Under the pieces are notes generated by a model. That model was given only the letters and a program-made list of their open reading frames with translations, ran no database searches and was not told the DNA's origin. DNA of 63,933 bases, filler included, from Thelocarpon superellum (lineage: Eukaryota), in assembly GCA_026025795.1 (NCBI GenBank). It is 7 parts of 7 records of this genome, joined end to end, with 100 filler letters (N's around TTAATTAATTAA, not from the genome) between each part and the next. Parts side by side here need not be neighbours in the genome. Positions count along the whole stretch, not along the records: positions 18,578 to 27,691 come from JAPEUG010000578.1; positions 27,792 to 36,891 come from JAPEUG010000579.1; 5 more parts are not named here. One strand, given 5' to 3'. A program made the translations under genes and the position numbers. Within the stretch, counting starts at the first letter, position 1, and every line of letters begins with the position of its first letter. Shown here in pieces: positions 21,509-35,755 of the stretch.

Positions 21509-24500
21509 ATGTAAGCATCGCTGCCGTGGCCCCGACAATTACCCGCTAATCAGGACTCTGTGCTTCACAGGTGTATGTCGGATGAGACCTGCCCGCGTCA
21601 TCTGTTGCTTTTGATCATTTCTGATGCGTGGTAGCGAAAATTGATAAGCTCTCGATCCTGGGGTTCGTTCCACCTCCGGCGCCGGGCCTCGACAGCGATG
21701 GTTACCCTGCTCACCTGCTGCCTAGCGTCCGCTCCTTTGACAATACGCGGAGTGAAACCATCCAATTTCAAACGCCGTTGACCTTGATTGTCGGATACAA
21801 TGGCTCGGGCAAGACGGTTGAGCTCGCTCACGCTGCCTCAGATCTACAGCGCTTACGTGACCACAGACGATCATCGAATGTCTCAAATATGCCACTACGG
21901 GGGATCTGCCTCCAAACAGCCGAGGGGGAGCCTTCATACATGATCCAAAGGTATGACTCACGGTGAATTGCGGTCCTGGGATGGTCGTTGATAAACACCC
22001 CAGCTGTGCGGAGAGAAGGAGGTCTTGGCCCAAGTCAAGCTCTCCTTCAAAGGCACCTCTGGCGCCAAGATGGTGGCGACCCGGAGCCTCCAGCTCACGG
22101 TCAAGAAGGCGACCCGCCAACAAAAGAGCCTCGAGGGTCAACTGCTCATGATCAAGGATGGCGAGCGGACAGCCATCTCCTCCCGCGTCGCCGAGCTGGA
22201 CCAGATTATGCCGCAGTATCTCGGCGTGTCGCGCGCCATCCTCGATTCTGTCATCTTCTGCCACCAGGATGAGAGCCTGTGGCCCATGAGCGAGCCCTCG
22301 GTGCTCAAGAAGAAGTTTGACGAGATCTTCGAGGCTATGAAGTACACGAAGGCCATCGACAACATCAAGGTCCTACGCAAGAAGCAAACCGAGGAGCTGG
22401 GCAAGTATAAGCTGCTCGAGCAGCAGTACAAGATCGATAAAGATCGCGCCGACCGGGCGGAGAGGCAGTCCAAGCTGCTGGCCGACGAGATTGAGCAGCT
22501 GCGCCGCGAGTGCCACCAGCTCAAACACGACATCGACCAGGCCACCCGCGAGGCTGACCGGCTCTGGGCCGAAGCAGCCGCATACGAAAAGATCATCGGC
22601 ACCCTCGACGGCAGGCGTATCGAGGCCAGGGTCGTCCGAACGACTATGGAGGACTTGGCTCAACACATCGAGCAGATGCAGGAGTCCGACGAATGGCTGA
22701 CCACGACTTTGGAGAACTACGAGGCGCGAGTTTCTGAGCTCGACCAACGCATCGACGTCCAACGGCAAGAGTACGATCAGGTCGGCAAGACCATCGAGGA
22801 GCATCGCCAACGGCTGGGCGCTACGCTGACCGACGTGGGCAAGTACGAGGCCGAGAAGGCCCAGCATGACCGGCAGCTGGCCCAGCGGGAGACGTTGATC
22901 AAAGAGACGGCGAGACGACACGCGATGCGTGGTTTCGATACCGATCTCGATAGCGCACTCATCGACGACTTCATGGTCCGCATCAACAAGATGGCCCGTG
23001 ATCAGACTCTCGCCTTGGACCGCGCCAAGGCCGAGGCGCGCGACGCCTTGCAAGACGCCCAGGCAGCCCTCAACCGGCTGAGCGAGCAACGATCCACGTG
23101 GAACCAACGCAAGCTGTTCGCCAAGCAGGAGATCTCCGCCAATGATAACAAGATCATCGGCATCCAAGCGGAGCTCGATCGGATCGATATCGACGAGGGC
23201 AGACTCGCTACCTTGAGCTCCGCTGTCACCGCCGTCGATGCCCGCTTGGCGGCGGCGAAGGACGAGTTCGATCATGCCGCGTGGGAAGACCAGCTTCACG
23301 CCGCGAATCAACAGCTTCGAGAGTGTGAGGAGGGTGCCGAGCGTTTGAACGCTAAGATGGTGGAGAGCACGCGGAAAGCCGGTGATGTCGCCAAGCTCCA
23401 CTTCATGCGGAATGAGCTGCGCGATCGGCAGCAGAGTCTGGATATCATGTGCAGCGCTCACGGCGACAAGATCGCTGCCACAGTCGGCGCGGGTTGGCAG
23501 CCGACTCACCTCGAGCGTGACTTTCACGCCGTGCTTGAGCAGAAGAAGGAGGATTTTTCCGAGGCTGAACGGCAACGGGACGGCGTGACGAGGGAACTTG
23601 AGCAGATCGAGCTTCGACTCCACCTCGCCCGGGACGCGCTGAAGAAGAGGCGGCAAGAGAAGGCCGCCGCCGAGAAGCTCATCGGTGAAGCCATCGGCGA
23701 CGAACCAAGCGATTATTCGGAAATCCTTGCCCAGCTCGAGGAGCGTCGCGACATTCGACGGGGCGATGTAGACGGCTTCGCCCACCTTCGCAATTACTAC
23801 TCGCTCTGCCTCAAGTCGGCCAAAGAAAACGACGTCTGCCGTCTCTGCGTGCGGCCCTTTCACGCCAAAAAAGAGCAAGCCGACTTCGTCGCTCGACTCG
23901 AGCGACTGATCTCGCAAGGGGGCCAAAAGCGTGCGGAGGATGAGCTGCGTGAGTACGAGGCGGATCTAGCCAAGGCTAAGCAAGTTGGCCCTAGCTACGA
24001 TGCCTATCAGCGGCTCTCCACCACGGAAATTCCCCAGTTAGAGGCCGAGAGCAACGCACACGAGTTGCGGCGAGAGAAAGTCTTGACACAGATAGAGGAA
24101 CAGGATGCGAGCGTCAGTCGCCGAGGGACCGCGATGAAGGAGGTGGAGTCGCTGAGCAAGACGGTGCACAATCTGGTCAAATACCGGGTGGAGATGGATG
24201 GCTTTGAGGCCCAGATCGAGGAGCTTGCGGCTCGGCACAGCGAGGTTGGCGAAACACAGACGCTGGAAGAGATCCAGGAACAGCTCGGCGCTCTGGGCGA
24301 GCAGTCGCGCGCCATCAAAAAGACCATCGCACGCGTGACGGGAGACAAGGACCGCGGCCGTGCCCAGATCAATGCCCTCGAGCTGGAGACACGAGACGTT
24401 CGGACGAAGCTGACTAACGCCACCTACCACCTGGAGAAGAAAGGCACCCTGGTGGTGCGGGTGGACGAGCTACGCCGCGCCAATGAGACACAACGCGAGG

Positions 24501-25810
24501 CCATCGTACAGGCGGATCAGGCGCTCGAGAAGATGGCGCCCGATTTCGCCAAGGCGCAGACCAAGTACGATGACATCAATCAACAGGGTGCGGAGAGGGA
24601 ACGGGAGCTACAGCAGCAAGCCCGCAAGATCTCGGACAGCGTGTACCAGGTGAAGCTGGCGGAGCAAGAGATCCATGCCTACGTTGAGAAGGGGGGGCCC
24701 GATCAGCTGGCGCAATGTCAGCAAAGTGTGCAGCAGCTTGAGCAAGCCATCGCGCGCTTCGAGGGCGAGCAGCGCCAGGTGGCGGCGGAGATCAACAAGG
24801 TAGTGAAGCAAAAGGATGAGAACGACCGGACGAAGCGGACCATCGCCGACAACGTCCAGTACCGCCGCTCCGTGGCAACGTTGGAGAAGGTCCGCGGCGA
24901 GATTGCGGAGCTCGAGGCTAAGAATGCCGAGGTCGACCGCGAACGCTTCGTCCAGGAGGCCGACAAGATGAGTGTGAGACATCGAAAACTCTCGGCGGAG
25001 GAAGCGACGAAGATCGGGGTGATGAAGTCCAAAGACAACGAGCTGACGCGTCTGCTGAACGACTGGAACACGGATTACAAAGACGCGGCGAAGAATTTCA
25101 AGGAGTCGCACATCAAGGTCGAGACGACGAAAGCGGCGGTGGAGGACTTGGGTCGTTATGGCAGCGCCTTGGACAAGGCCATCATGAAGTATCACGGGCT
25201 CAAGATGGAAGAGATCAATCGCATTGTGGAGGAACTGTGGAAGCGGACATATCAAGGGACCGATGTGGATACGATCCTCATCCGGTCCGACAACGAAAGT
25301 GGCAAGGGCAATCGCTCATACAACTATCGGGTCCGTCCCCTTGCGTACGCCGTCACGGCTCTCTGCTGACATTGGACTGGTAGGTGTGCATGGTCAAGCA
25401 AGACGTGGAGATGGACATGCGGGGTCGGTGCAGTGCTGGCCAGAAGGTGCTGGCCAGTATCCTCATCCGGCTGGCGCTGGCCGAGTGCTTCGGCACCAAC
25501 TGCGGCCTGATTGCACTCGACGAGCCGACGACAAATCTCGACCGGGACAACATCCGGGCGCTGGCGGAGTCGCTTCACGACATCATCAACGCACGACGAC
25601 AGCAGTCCAACTTTCAGCTGATCGTCATCACGCACGATGAAGATTTCCTTCGCTACATGAAATGTGCCGACTTCTGCGATAACTACTACCGGGTCTCGCG
25701 GAATGATCGCCAGAAGTCCATCATCGTGCGGTAAGGTGGTCGCGTGACATCCATGGAGAGCGGAGACTGATGCGCGCAGACAATCCATCGCCGAGGTTAC
25801 TTCCTTCTGA
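21509..25810 (+). CDS. RAD50: DNA repair ATPase Rad50, multi-exon
   Basis: [15 protein letters not shown], Walker [17 protein letters not shown], zinc hook CRLC, signature CSAGQK, Walker [12 protein letters not shown]-loop VITHD. The stop position is tentative because a further small intron is possible. Confidence 0.97.
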
Positions 25811-27691
25811 GCCGCGGTCACCAGGTCTGGATAGGCTCTCGGCGTTCTGCGCAGCGGCTGCGGCGCTCCGGTTTCGAATAGGCATAAACGATCAGGGACG
25901 TCACAGGTGCATAAGGGGCGTTGTGAAATAAGCTTGCAAGGGGGCAGCGAGGCGTACCCGGATGTCTCAGCAGAATGATTCCCATTTCCAGTCTCATTTG
26001 ATAGGTTACATCCCGCTGAACTGACATGGACAGCTTACACAGGAGCGAAAAGGGGAAGGGGTAAGGGGGTGCTGTGATGGATCTGGTCGCTCGTAGCTCC
26101 AGTGTTCCTTCGATACGTACCCTCTCTTCTCGGGAAAGGGAAGAGATGTTGGTCCCAGCTTCACAATTCCGATGTCTGAACTGTCAGAGCGTAAAGCAGG
26201 GAGGTGAGCACGTGCGCGCTGGTAGTTCCGTGCAAGTGATGATCCGAACCACGCGACAACTGGATTCATTCCCTGCATACCGTTCGATCCAAGGCGAGGC
26301 GAGGCAATGCAATGCAACGCAATGCCATGACAACAGACGGTCTCAAGAGCAACCGACCCCCTTTCCCCCTACGTGTCGTCTCATCGACGGGATGACCGGG
26401 GGCCCTAATCTTAGCGCCAGATATAGCCATTTTGCGATAGCGTCCGTCCGTCGTGGCCGCTTCTGACCACTGGTGGAGAAGCTGCCATCCGAAAGTGGAG
26501 ACGGGCATGGACTGGGCGCGCAAGGTGCAGACGCATCGCATGAACGCTCATGCGTCGGTCAACGCGAAAAGAAGTGGTCGGGACGAACCAGGATGCTGGA
26601 TGAGGGATCCTCCAGCCCGTCGCTACCAGCGGAGCAGAGCAACGATTCTCCTAGGCGACTTTGGCGATAGGTAGCGTATAGGGTCACGTAGTTAGCGGGA
26701 ATCAGCGAATGTTCCACGTCCTGTCTCGAACACTCCCTCGCCGGCACCTTGACGACTTAGGTGACATGCGCGCATGTTACTCGACCTTCTTGCCTGTACG
26801 AGTTTTCGCGGTCGCACCCTGCAACGGCTGCGTTGCTTACCTGTACCGTTGGTCATCGTTGGACGCTGTTCTGCTCGCTTCCCAGGTAACGTCCGGGTAC
26901 GAGAATTACCACTACTACTTTACTAGTAGTAAGTACTGGTAGGTAGTAGTAGCTCCTAGGAAGTACCGCTACTTAGCAGTTATCATGGTATGAGTAACAG
27001 TAGGTCGCTGCGGAAAGGCAACGGCTGGGGGGTTGTCACGCTGGTAAGCGACTGCCCGTGTGCATTGATGGTATCATGACTAGGAAAATGTGGGGAGCGG
27101 GCCACAGTCGATCGGCGCAGGTTGGTTTCCAACCAACGCGAACGTACGGAGGATTTCGGACTGTTATACGCAGGACATCTGGCACCGCGCAACGTCGATC
27201 GTGACTCCTGACAGGATGCATCTATCTGCGAATTTGACATCCACTCTCATGCAAGACGCCATCCGTCGGCCGAGAGATCGGTTCGTGCTCTTGACAGGCC
27301 ACACGGGCGTCGCTGTTGGCCGCGCGGCGCTCCATCCTTCGCGCATCCTGCCGGTGGTCATGTCGAAGCTTGGCGGTCGTCGTGACATGGGACATGGATG
27401 GGTCAGTGGGCAAGGGGAGCCCGGGAACGAAGAGGTACCACCATGCGGATGACAACAATGCCATGTGGTAGTTTATCCTGCGTGTTGACACAGTCATTTC
27501 TTTAGGTGTGAGACATGAGGACTGATCTTCATTATTCACTATTACCTCCCTTGTCAGTCGGGGCTAACTAGATGAGAATCTCCAAGGATCCCTGAACACT
27601 CAATGCTCAACGCTCACTCGCCCAACTAAATACACCCAAGTCGACTATACCCAACAGGCAGTCAAGGTTCGGAAACCCACAGCGGATGAGA

Positions 27692-27791
27692 NNNNNNNNN
27701 NNNNNNNNNNNNNNNNNNNNNNNNNNNNNNNNNNNTTAATTAATTAANNNNNNNNNNNNNNNNNNNNNNNNNNNNNNNNNNNNNNNNNNNN
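27692..27791. other. Artificial contig linker
   Basis: N44-TTAATTAATTAA-N44. Confidence 0.99.
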
Positions 27792-28460
27792 GGGAGGCTG
27801 AATTAATAGGGGCATCAACCCACACAGGGCCCTGAGACCTTCTGCACGAATGTAAACCTTCCCCCGAAAGGGCGAGGGGTTTCGATAGGAAAGAGGATTG
27901 AAGGCACACCTTCCCTCTGACCGAAGCTTTTGTTGCAGCCACTCCTGGAGGCAGATGCGTTTGTCGGCTCATCAGGTTTCATTTTTACACATGCTGATCT
28001 TGTCGAGACGGGCTTGCGGATCGATCTTCATCGCCCTATCTACAACAGACACAACCATCGGTGATCCCTGGCGCCCAGCGAACGATACGGGAACGGAAAA
28101 GACAGACAAAGAGGATGGTATGGCAGAGAGGGCAACGACATGGCCGGTGTGGTTTATTGAACACTCTATCGCGGTCGAGTGGCCGAGTGGGGAAAGAGGG
28201 GGAGAGGAAGAGGTGGTTCGAAGGGTATCATCCAAGCCCACAGTCAGCAAATTGGTCAAATCAAATCGTGTCAAACGCCTCGCCATGAATGCTAGGTGTC
28301 TCCTCCCCCGGCCTCGAGGCTGCCCCTTGGTACTCGTACAGAACACCCGAAAATAACGAGATCTTTCTAGACCAATATCCCCACCATATCTCGTCCTTGG
28401 TCCTTCGTCGATGTCCATCGTCCATCGTCCGTCGTCATCGTCACCTCGATCCGTATCGCC

Positions 28461-31400
28461 CTACTCGCTGTTGCTCCCACTAGAAAAGTAACTCTGATCC
28501 AGCGCCAGGATCCACTCGATCTTCTCCCGCTCGCTGCGCGCGGCAAATAAGAAGGCGTTGTGCGCCGCGTAGACGGCGAAGACGTTTGGGCGAGTGCGGA
28601 TCGGCGCCAGCAACTTGGCAATGTCCGGCTGATGGTCGATGCGAGACGTCGACAGATTGATCGCCGTGAGCTCGTCGCCGCCGTCAGGGGGCACCGAGTG
28701 GATGTGCAGATAAGGCCGCCGCAGCTCCACGTACCGCCGAATCCAGTGCCGACCCGTGTCCGACGGCGTCAGAAGGTGGCCGCCCTTGAGGAGCGTCGGA
28801 TTCTTGGCCACGTGATGCACCGCCGCGACCAAGCGTGGCGGACCCGCGTCCGCATCCGAGTCGGCCGCAAAGGCCGCGCCATGCGCCGGCGGCTCTGTGT
28901 TCTCCTTCACCAAGATGACTTCTCCGGGGTCTTTGCGTGCCGACCAGAGCCGCAGGCACTTGGACGCAAGCTCATGCTGCGCGTCGGTCCATGCCGCCAC
29001 GTCGGGTGTCGGTCCATGCCGGCCATTCGGCATCGACAGCGCGCCACTGCTCAACAGGCCCTTGGCCGTCTCAATCTCCGCAAGCCGGCGGCGTCGCTGC
29101 TGCGCGCCGATATATTCGCGCACGAGCGAGACCCCGCGCGGCGCCCAGCCGATGAGCAGCTCCTCGCCCTTGACGTACTCGTGCTGCGTATTCATCCGCC
29201 AGAGGTCGACCGCGCGCTTGGTCGACGTCGGTCGGAGGGCGAGCGCAAACAGGCCGACAGTGGAGTGCACCACCCGCGTCGAGCTCCACAGTTGCAAGAA
29301 GCCCGCGGGCGATCGGAGGTAGGACCGTGGGTGCACGTGGAGGGCCAGGTCGAGGGCGAAGACGGTGGGCGCCGATAGTCGCGCCGATGCCACATCCCAC
29401 CGGAGTGACATGCGCACCCGGTACTTCTCCGCCGTGGTCCGGTCCAAGAGCAGCGACTCATGCAGACTCGAGTCCCACTGCCCGATCACGGTCACTTGCC
29501 GGGTGCCGTTTGCGTTGACCGTCACGTACGGCGCGCCCGTGGGCTTGAGGGGAATCTCCGGCGTTGGCGAGCTGAGATCCGGCATCTTGCCCGACGGATC
29601 CACCAGACGGACGTTGCCGATGCGCAGGCCCGACACGTCCTGCCACTGAAGTGCGTCGCCCGAACTGTGCGTCAGGTTCACCACAATCCGTCGCTGTAGC
29701 CCCTGGTGCAGCTGATACACGCCCGCGTCCATGTCGTGCTGCTGCACCACGTCTACGGGGGCATACTCGCCCGTCTCGCCGAGCTCCAAGAGCTGGATTC
29801 GGGCGAAGACATCATGGCTCTCCTCCGTATAGAACTCCGTCTCGGCGAGGCGTGCGTGCTTGCGTCGCTGGTGCGGCGGCGGCGCGGCATCGCGCATGTC
29901 GTCCCAGCTGAGGAGCTTGTCCAGGTGCATGGCCGTGACCCGGGCGAAGATGGCCACCCGGAGCATCGACGTCGGCGGACTCGACCAGGGGAGACTCATG
30001 CTGTGCACGCTCTCGAACCGGACCGGGCCCTCGTCAAATCCCCGAATCATCTGCGTCGTCGTCGCCCCACCCTCGTCTGACACGCCCGGGATAAACAATT
30101 GCGCGTGCACGTCGGTACCCTCACGCTCGGCGAAGCCGTGCATGTCGTGCATGACCACGTTGAACTTGAGCGTCGATGACGGCGCCTCGGCCGAGGAGGG
30201 CTCGAGCGAGAGTTTGACGATGCCCACGATGCCAAAGGTGTGCGGCGAGAGCACCTCGATCGCAAAGTCCTGCACGCGCGACTCCATCACCGCCGTCAGC
30301 GGTACGTCGGCGTCTCCGACCAGAGAGTATTGGGGGAGACAGGTCTCGGAAAAGGGGTTGCCCAGGTCCAGGTGTTGCAGGTACTCTGGCCGGTCCAGAT
30401 ATTGGTACATCTGTCGCATGAGCCGCACCCGCTGTTGGAGCTTCTCCAGCGACCAGAGGTGCACGACACCATGCTTGAAGTCGACGACGCGCACGCCAAC
30501 GCAAGGCTTCGGCGCCGCTTCGAGTGCGTCATCCTCCTCGCCGGAGATCCCGTGGAGCACCAGGTCATACGACGAGGCCAGGGTGTGACCGACGTCGACG
30601 ACGACGAATTGGAAGACGACATTCTTGTCCAGCTCCTGACTCAGGGCCTGTGCCTGCTTCAGCGTCGCGGCATGTCGTAACATCGATTCCGCCATGCGCA
30701 CGTATCGCCGTCGCCGCCACTGGTCCGCCGCACCGCGCGCAATGTACTGCTCCGATTCGGTCAGCGGCGCCTGCAATCGATCCGCGGCGGCTTCGGCATC
30801 GGCCGATACGCCGAGTTGCTGCAGGCGACTCTGGAAGGCCCGCTGCTGTTCGGCCAGCTGACGCTCCAGCTCGACTTTGGCCTCCTGGAGGCTCGCCTCC
30901 ATCCGCTCCTTCTCGCGCCGGATGTCTTCCATCTCGCCGTGAGCGGCCTCGGCGGACGTGAGTCGCGACTGGTATTCCTCCCTCTGCTTCTCCAATTTCG
31001 TCTGCATCTCCTCCTGCACCAGCCGGAGGCGGTCGTCCACCTCGCCGTGCTGTGGGGTCGATGGTAACGTGATGGCCGTATCCAGCGAGAAATTATCGAT
31101 TGTCCCCGTCGACAGGTACTTCTCGCGGATGGGGTACGACGTGGTCGAGTCGGTGTCGTCCTCGAGCTCGAGCCGACTCTCGGGTCGCCCCTTCCGCACC
31201 GCGCGCGCACGCTGCACATCTTCAAACAGATTATCCAGCTCGTCGTCGGTCAGATGGGTGATTTTCTGGTCGACGCCGAGAATTGCGCTGGCGGCTTCGC
31301 GCCGAGCAAAGGACCAGTCCGAATCGCGACTGTTTCGCGGTCCTGGCAACGGTGACTCGGGGCGACTGCCCTCCTGACCGAGATCCGAGTCGGCCTTGCT

Positions 31401-33360
31401 GTGGGAGCGCTCGTGCCCGGCTACTCCATTCCCCGCTCGGGGCATCGGCGAGCCCAGTTGGCTGGCGGTGAAGGAATGGCGGAGCAGGCTTTGCTCTGCG
31501 CGCTCGGCCCGGGCTTCCTGGGGATTGTTGAAGCGGAAGATATGGAAGTCGCCGAGGATGATGCGATTGCCGCTGCGCAGGCGTTTGGGCTTGTCAATCC
31601 GCACGCCGTTGACCATGACGGCGGCGCCCTCATTGGGCACCGCCGTCACCACGCCGTCGACATTCTCGAAGGTGCAGTGATCGTGGAGGATTTTGGTGCC
31701 GTTCAGGCGGATCTCCGACGTGGTCGCGGTGTCCACATTGCCCACCGTAGTCGAGCCGGGCTTGAGGTTGTAGACCAGACACTCGGCCAAGAGCGGATCA
31801 TCGCTAAGGTTGACGAGATGAGGCATCTTCTTGGGGGTGTGGAGCCCGACAAAGCCCTTCTCAATGCTGATGCCCAGTTCCTCCAGGGCCGCCTCGCGCT
31901 CCTTGTGGATCTCCTCGGTACGCTGCAGTTTCTGCTCCCACGTTTGGTTGAGATCGGAGTAGAGCTTCTCCGACTGGTTGAGTTGCTCGGCGATCTCGGC
32001 CTTGGAGACCTTCTTGACCGTGCCGTCGGGTGCCGTGATGGTCACAATCTGCTTCTCCAGCGGCGTGTCGGGCGCGTACTGCTCGCCACCCACGACCCCG
32101 GCGGGCCCAGCTCCACCTCCTCCGAGCTGGGCCCGGAGCTGGGCCAGCTCGTCCTTCAGCTCGCGGATCATGCGGGCGTTGGGATCTTCGTTCACGACCG
32201 CATGGTTCTTGATCCGCTTGGCGGAATCGGCGTAGCGCAGGGTCGAGAGCGTCTCCTCGAAGTTGATGTCGGCCGGCGAGATGGCGGCGATCATGGCGGT
32301 CATGCTGTTGCCGCCGAGGGAGTCCTTGAGCAGCCATGTCAGGACCGAGTCGCGGTACGGCACCATGGATGCGTTCTTCTTCTTTCCCGTCGACAGGTCT
32401 GCCAGCGCGGCGATCACCCGCCCGAGGGTCGAGAGAGAGCGGTTGATCTCCGCGCCCTCCTTGAGCCGAGCGCCCGTCGCGCCCGTGGATGTGGCACGCT
32501 CGGAGCCAGCCAGGTCGACGAGACTGATTTTGGCCACCTTTTCCGTATCAAAGCCTGTCTCGACGTCGTGGCGCTTCTGCGTCAGGGTCAGGGTGAAGAC
32601 GGCGTGCGAGCGACTGGAGGTCTCGTTCATGTTGGTGGCGGCGACTGTCCGGGCCTTGTTTCCCTCGTCCATCAAATGCTCAATCTCTTGAAAGGAGCGG
32701 ACGACGAGCTTGGCGAGGTCCTCCACGTAGGGCCCGGTCGAGGGGTGCTCGCGGACCTTGAGATTGCCCTTGGTGGTGGGATTGAGCAGGTCGCGCACGC
32801 GCTCGTTGTAGATCTCCAGGTAAGAGACCTCGACGGTGCAGCCCAGGTGCTTGTCCTGCTGCAGGGTTGTGATGCGCTCGAACATGTCACGACAGATCTG
32901 CGGGATCACGCCGGCCTCGCTGCCATATCCCATCATGGAGTAGGACTTGCCCGAGCCCGTCTGTCCGTAGGCGAAGATGCAGTTGTTGTAGCCCTGGAAG
33001 GCGTTGTCCAGCAACGGCCGGCCCAGGTCGGCGAAGAGATGGTCTTGTCCGGCGAAGTGGGGGCTGGAGCGGTCGAAGCTCCAATAGCTCTTGTCGAAGG
33101 CAAACGTCTTCTGGCCGTCTCCCTTGCCTCCTTTGCCCGACCCGCGCAGGCGTTCCTCGGCCTCGGGAGGGGGAACCAGGATGGTCTGGCTATCCTTCAT
33201 CTGCACGATGCATCGTGCATTGCGGTCCAGTTCTGTGCGCGGGTCAGCAACGGCTCTCCGTGGCGGGACAAGCATGATCGCGCTCTCTGCTCATACCCCT
33301 GCCATTGAAAGGTCGCACCCGCACCACCACCTTGATGTTGCCACCACCGGCGGGCGCCAT
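28461..33360 (-). CDS. uncA: Kinesin-3 (Unc104/KIF1A/UncA-type) motor, 2 exons
   Basis: NIKVVVRVRP, GQTGSGKS, NETSSRSHA, LVDLAGSE, FHA region (PHLVNLSDDPLLAECLVY) and C-terminal PH domain. Confidence 0.96.
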
Positions 33361-34537
33361 GATGTCGACGTCCGGACCTCAGCGGGGCAGGTACGTGGGT
33401 GGATCCCAGAACGAATCGACGGTGGGACACAGTCGGGGGATGCAGCTGTGTGGGAGTGGGCCGCGTGAAATGCTCGCGCTGGACAGAGGGGAGAGCGGGC
33501 GCTCAGAGGCCCGCGTTCGGAGGCGGGGTCCGGGGGCCGGGGGCCCGGCGCACGTATGGCGCACGTTCACAGCGCGAGCGAAGCCGCTCGCGAAGCCGCG
33601 GTGATGCTCATAGAGCGTGTAGGCGCGTCCAGGTGAAGCGTGTCACGACCGGAGCGCTCCCATGATCTCGGGGAGGATGGGGCGTCATCGGAAAAACACC
33701 CAACGCGAAACTTAGCCTGGCGGCCCCCCCGGTCGTCGCTCGCTTGCGAACGTCTGTTATGTCAATTCCAGATGGAAGAACTCCATGACTACCATCTATA
33801 CCTGCAATGAATCTGGTAGCGACATGACCACGAGTCTCACATTATCATTGCCCGGGCTGGCCCTACCGCCTGCACCGAGCACGGTCAGATGTGACTAAGG
33901 CAGGATGACCAACCGCCGACTACTTGTCCATATCCCGACATGGACGACTGCGAGGATCCTCTTCCTCTCCCCCTCCCAATGCTTCGCACGGGGCCGCAGG
34001 ATATACATGTGCTGAGGCTGTCGGTGGCGGTGCCGCTCGGCGCATCCACCGTACTTCATTCCAAGATATTGCAGTTCTCGTACATAGTCCCCCACGCAGA
34101 CCACGACCCATCCATGGCCTGCAGGCCGCCGTGTCGCTGTGTTCCTTCGAGTTCCTCCCTCTCCTGGAGGATGCACGATATTTCCGTCCCGTCCCCTGAG
34201 CTTGCGCTATCGATCTGGACGCTGGCAAAAAGAAAAATCACCCAGGAGGGCAGCGGCAGAGGCAATGGCCATGGCCATGGCAATGACTCGCAAGGACAAG
34301 GACAAGGACCATGACAAAGGGAACACGCGACAACGAACGAGGGGGCCAACATCAACATGATCCACACGACACGCTCGTCCGTCGTGGTCGTGACTCATGG
34401 AAACCGGGGACGAACGGAAGCAAAATCAACCCGCGCAGTGCCCAATCGCCCAAAAGTGCAGATGCCAGAGCCGGTGCATGTGCAGGCGCAATCTCGATAG
34501 CAATCTTGCTGGCCGCGACGCTCGCGTCCACTACCGC

Positions 34538-35755
34538 TCAGCCGTCGTCATCACCATCCTCGTCTTCTTCAAGCTCGTCGCTGTCCTCCGCGCTCGTACT
34601 TTGCCGCGGGCCCTGACCCGTGGCGGCGCCCGGCGCAGCCTCTGTCTTGGGCTTCTTCGATGGCGTGGCGTCGTCGGCGTGTGGGCCATCGGCTTTCCGC
34701 TTTGGCCCGGACCCCGTCGCATTAGGGCCCAAGGAGGAGTTGACATGAGCGGGCGTGCCGTCTTCGTCCTTCACCAGGTCCTCGCCCGTCTCGGGATTCT
34801 TGCCCGCCCGCTCCATCTCCGCCACTTCATCTGCCGTCAGGAAGCGACCGCCAGGCCCACGCGGCCGTCGCATCGCGTGCTTATGGCGAGATTCGTGGAG
34901 GTAGGGCTTCCGTCCCTTGGACGTGAGTCGAAGGTTCTCCTCGAGCTTCTGTCGGGCCAGCCGGCGCTTCAAGATCCGATGGAACTGCTTGGCGTTGACG
35001 TAGAGTGGCGACTCCTCCGCGCCGCCCGACACGACTTCGGGCGAGGGTGGATGCGGCGCCGGTGCGGGCGCTTGTTGCGACATGGCCGGCGGGACGGAGG
35101 CCCGCGACCCCGCCGGGCCGCCGTGGGCCATACCAGGTTGAGAGTTGGGCACCGCGGGACTGGCCACCGGTCGGCTCAGGCGTCGGCCTTGTAGCTGTTG
35201 ATTCGCCTGCACCTGCACCTGGGACGGGAGCGACGCTGGGCCGCCCATCGCACCGGCCATCTGCTGGGGCGGTGACCGGGGCCCGCCGCGTTCCTTCTTG
35301 ACCGCGACGCCGGCCATGCGCGGCGAGCCACGCGGGTCCGCCCCAAGGCCCGGCTGCAGCCCTTCGTTGGGGAGCGGGTAATATCCTTGGCCCGACGCGG
35401 CGGCGGTCGCGGCCATGGCGGCGGCCTGCGTAGGCGAGATGCCAAAAGGGTGCGGATGCATCCCTTGTGCCGGGACGCCGTAGGCCTGCGAGTAGTTCAT
35501 CGGCATCGGGTGGCCCGGCGCACTTTGCCCGGGTTGCTGTTGCAGGGAATGGGTCTGTGACGGGAGGATGGGTGAGGCCTGGTTGTGGGATGCATGCTGG
35601 CCGTGCATCGGCGGCGCTTGGTTCTGTGACGATGGCATGGGCAGACCAGCCTGGCCAGGGTTCTGTGATGTCGCAGGATATCCTCCGGGCAGGTGTGCCG
35701 GAGCGTGTGGATGTTGGCCATGCGGCGGCTGTTGATATTGTGCGTAGTCCATCAT
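34538..35755 (-). CDS. hapB: CCAAT-binding factor subunit HapB/Hap2/NF-YA
   Basis: [41 protein letters not shown] with a Q/P-rich N-terminus. Confidence 0.97.
   Translation of the reverse strand: MMDYAQYQQPPHGQHPHAPAHLPGGYPATSQNPGQAGLPMPSSQNQAPPMHGQHASHNQASPILPSQTHSLQQQPGQSAPGHPMPMNYSQAYGVPAQGMHPHPFGISPTQAAAMAATAAASGQGYYPLPNEGLQPGLGADPRGSPRMAGVAVKKERGGPRSPPQQMAGAMGGPASLPSQVQVQANQQLQGRRLSRPVASPAVPNSQPGMAHGGPAGSRASVPPAMSQQAPAPAPHPPSPEVVSGGAEESPLYVNAKQFHRILKRRLARQKLEENLRLTSKGRKPYLHESRHKHAMRRPRGPGGRFLTADEVAEMERAGKNPETGEDLVKDEDGTPAHVNSSLGPNATGSGPKRKADGPHADDATPSKKPKTEAAPGAATGQGPRQSTSAEDSDELEEDEDGDDDG

Noticed and set aside
22373..23926. Long antisense ORFs (517 aa here, also 31401-33308, 58383-59762) and the off-frame ORF 57865-59583
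   Set aside because: Shadows of GC-rich codon usage in RAD50 and the kinesins, with no recognisable motifs.
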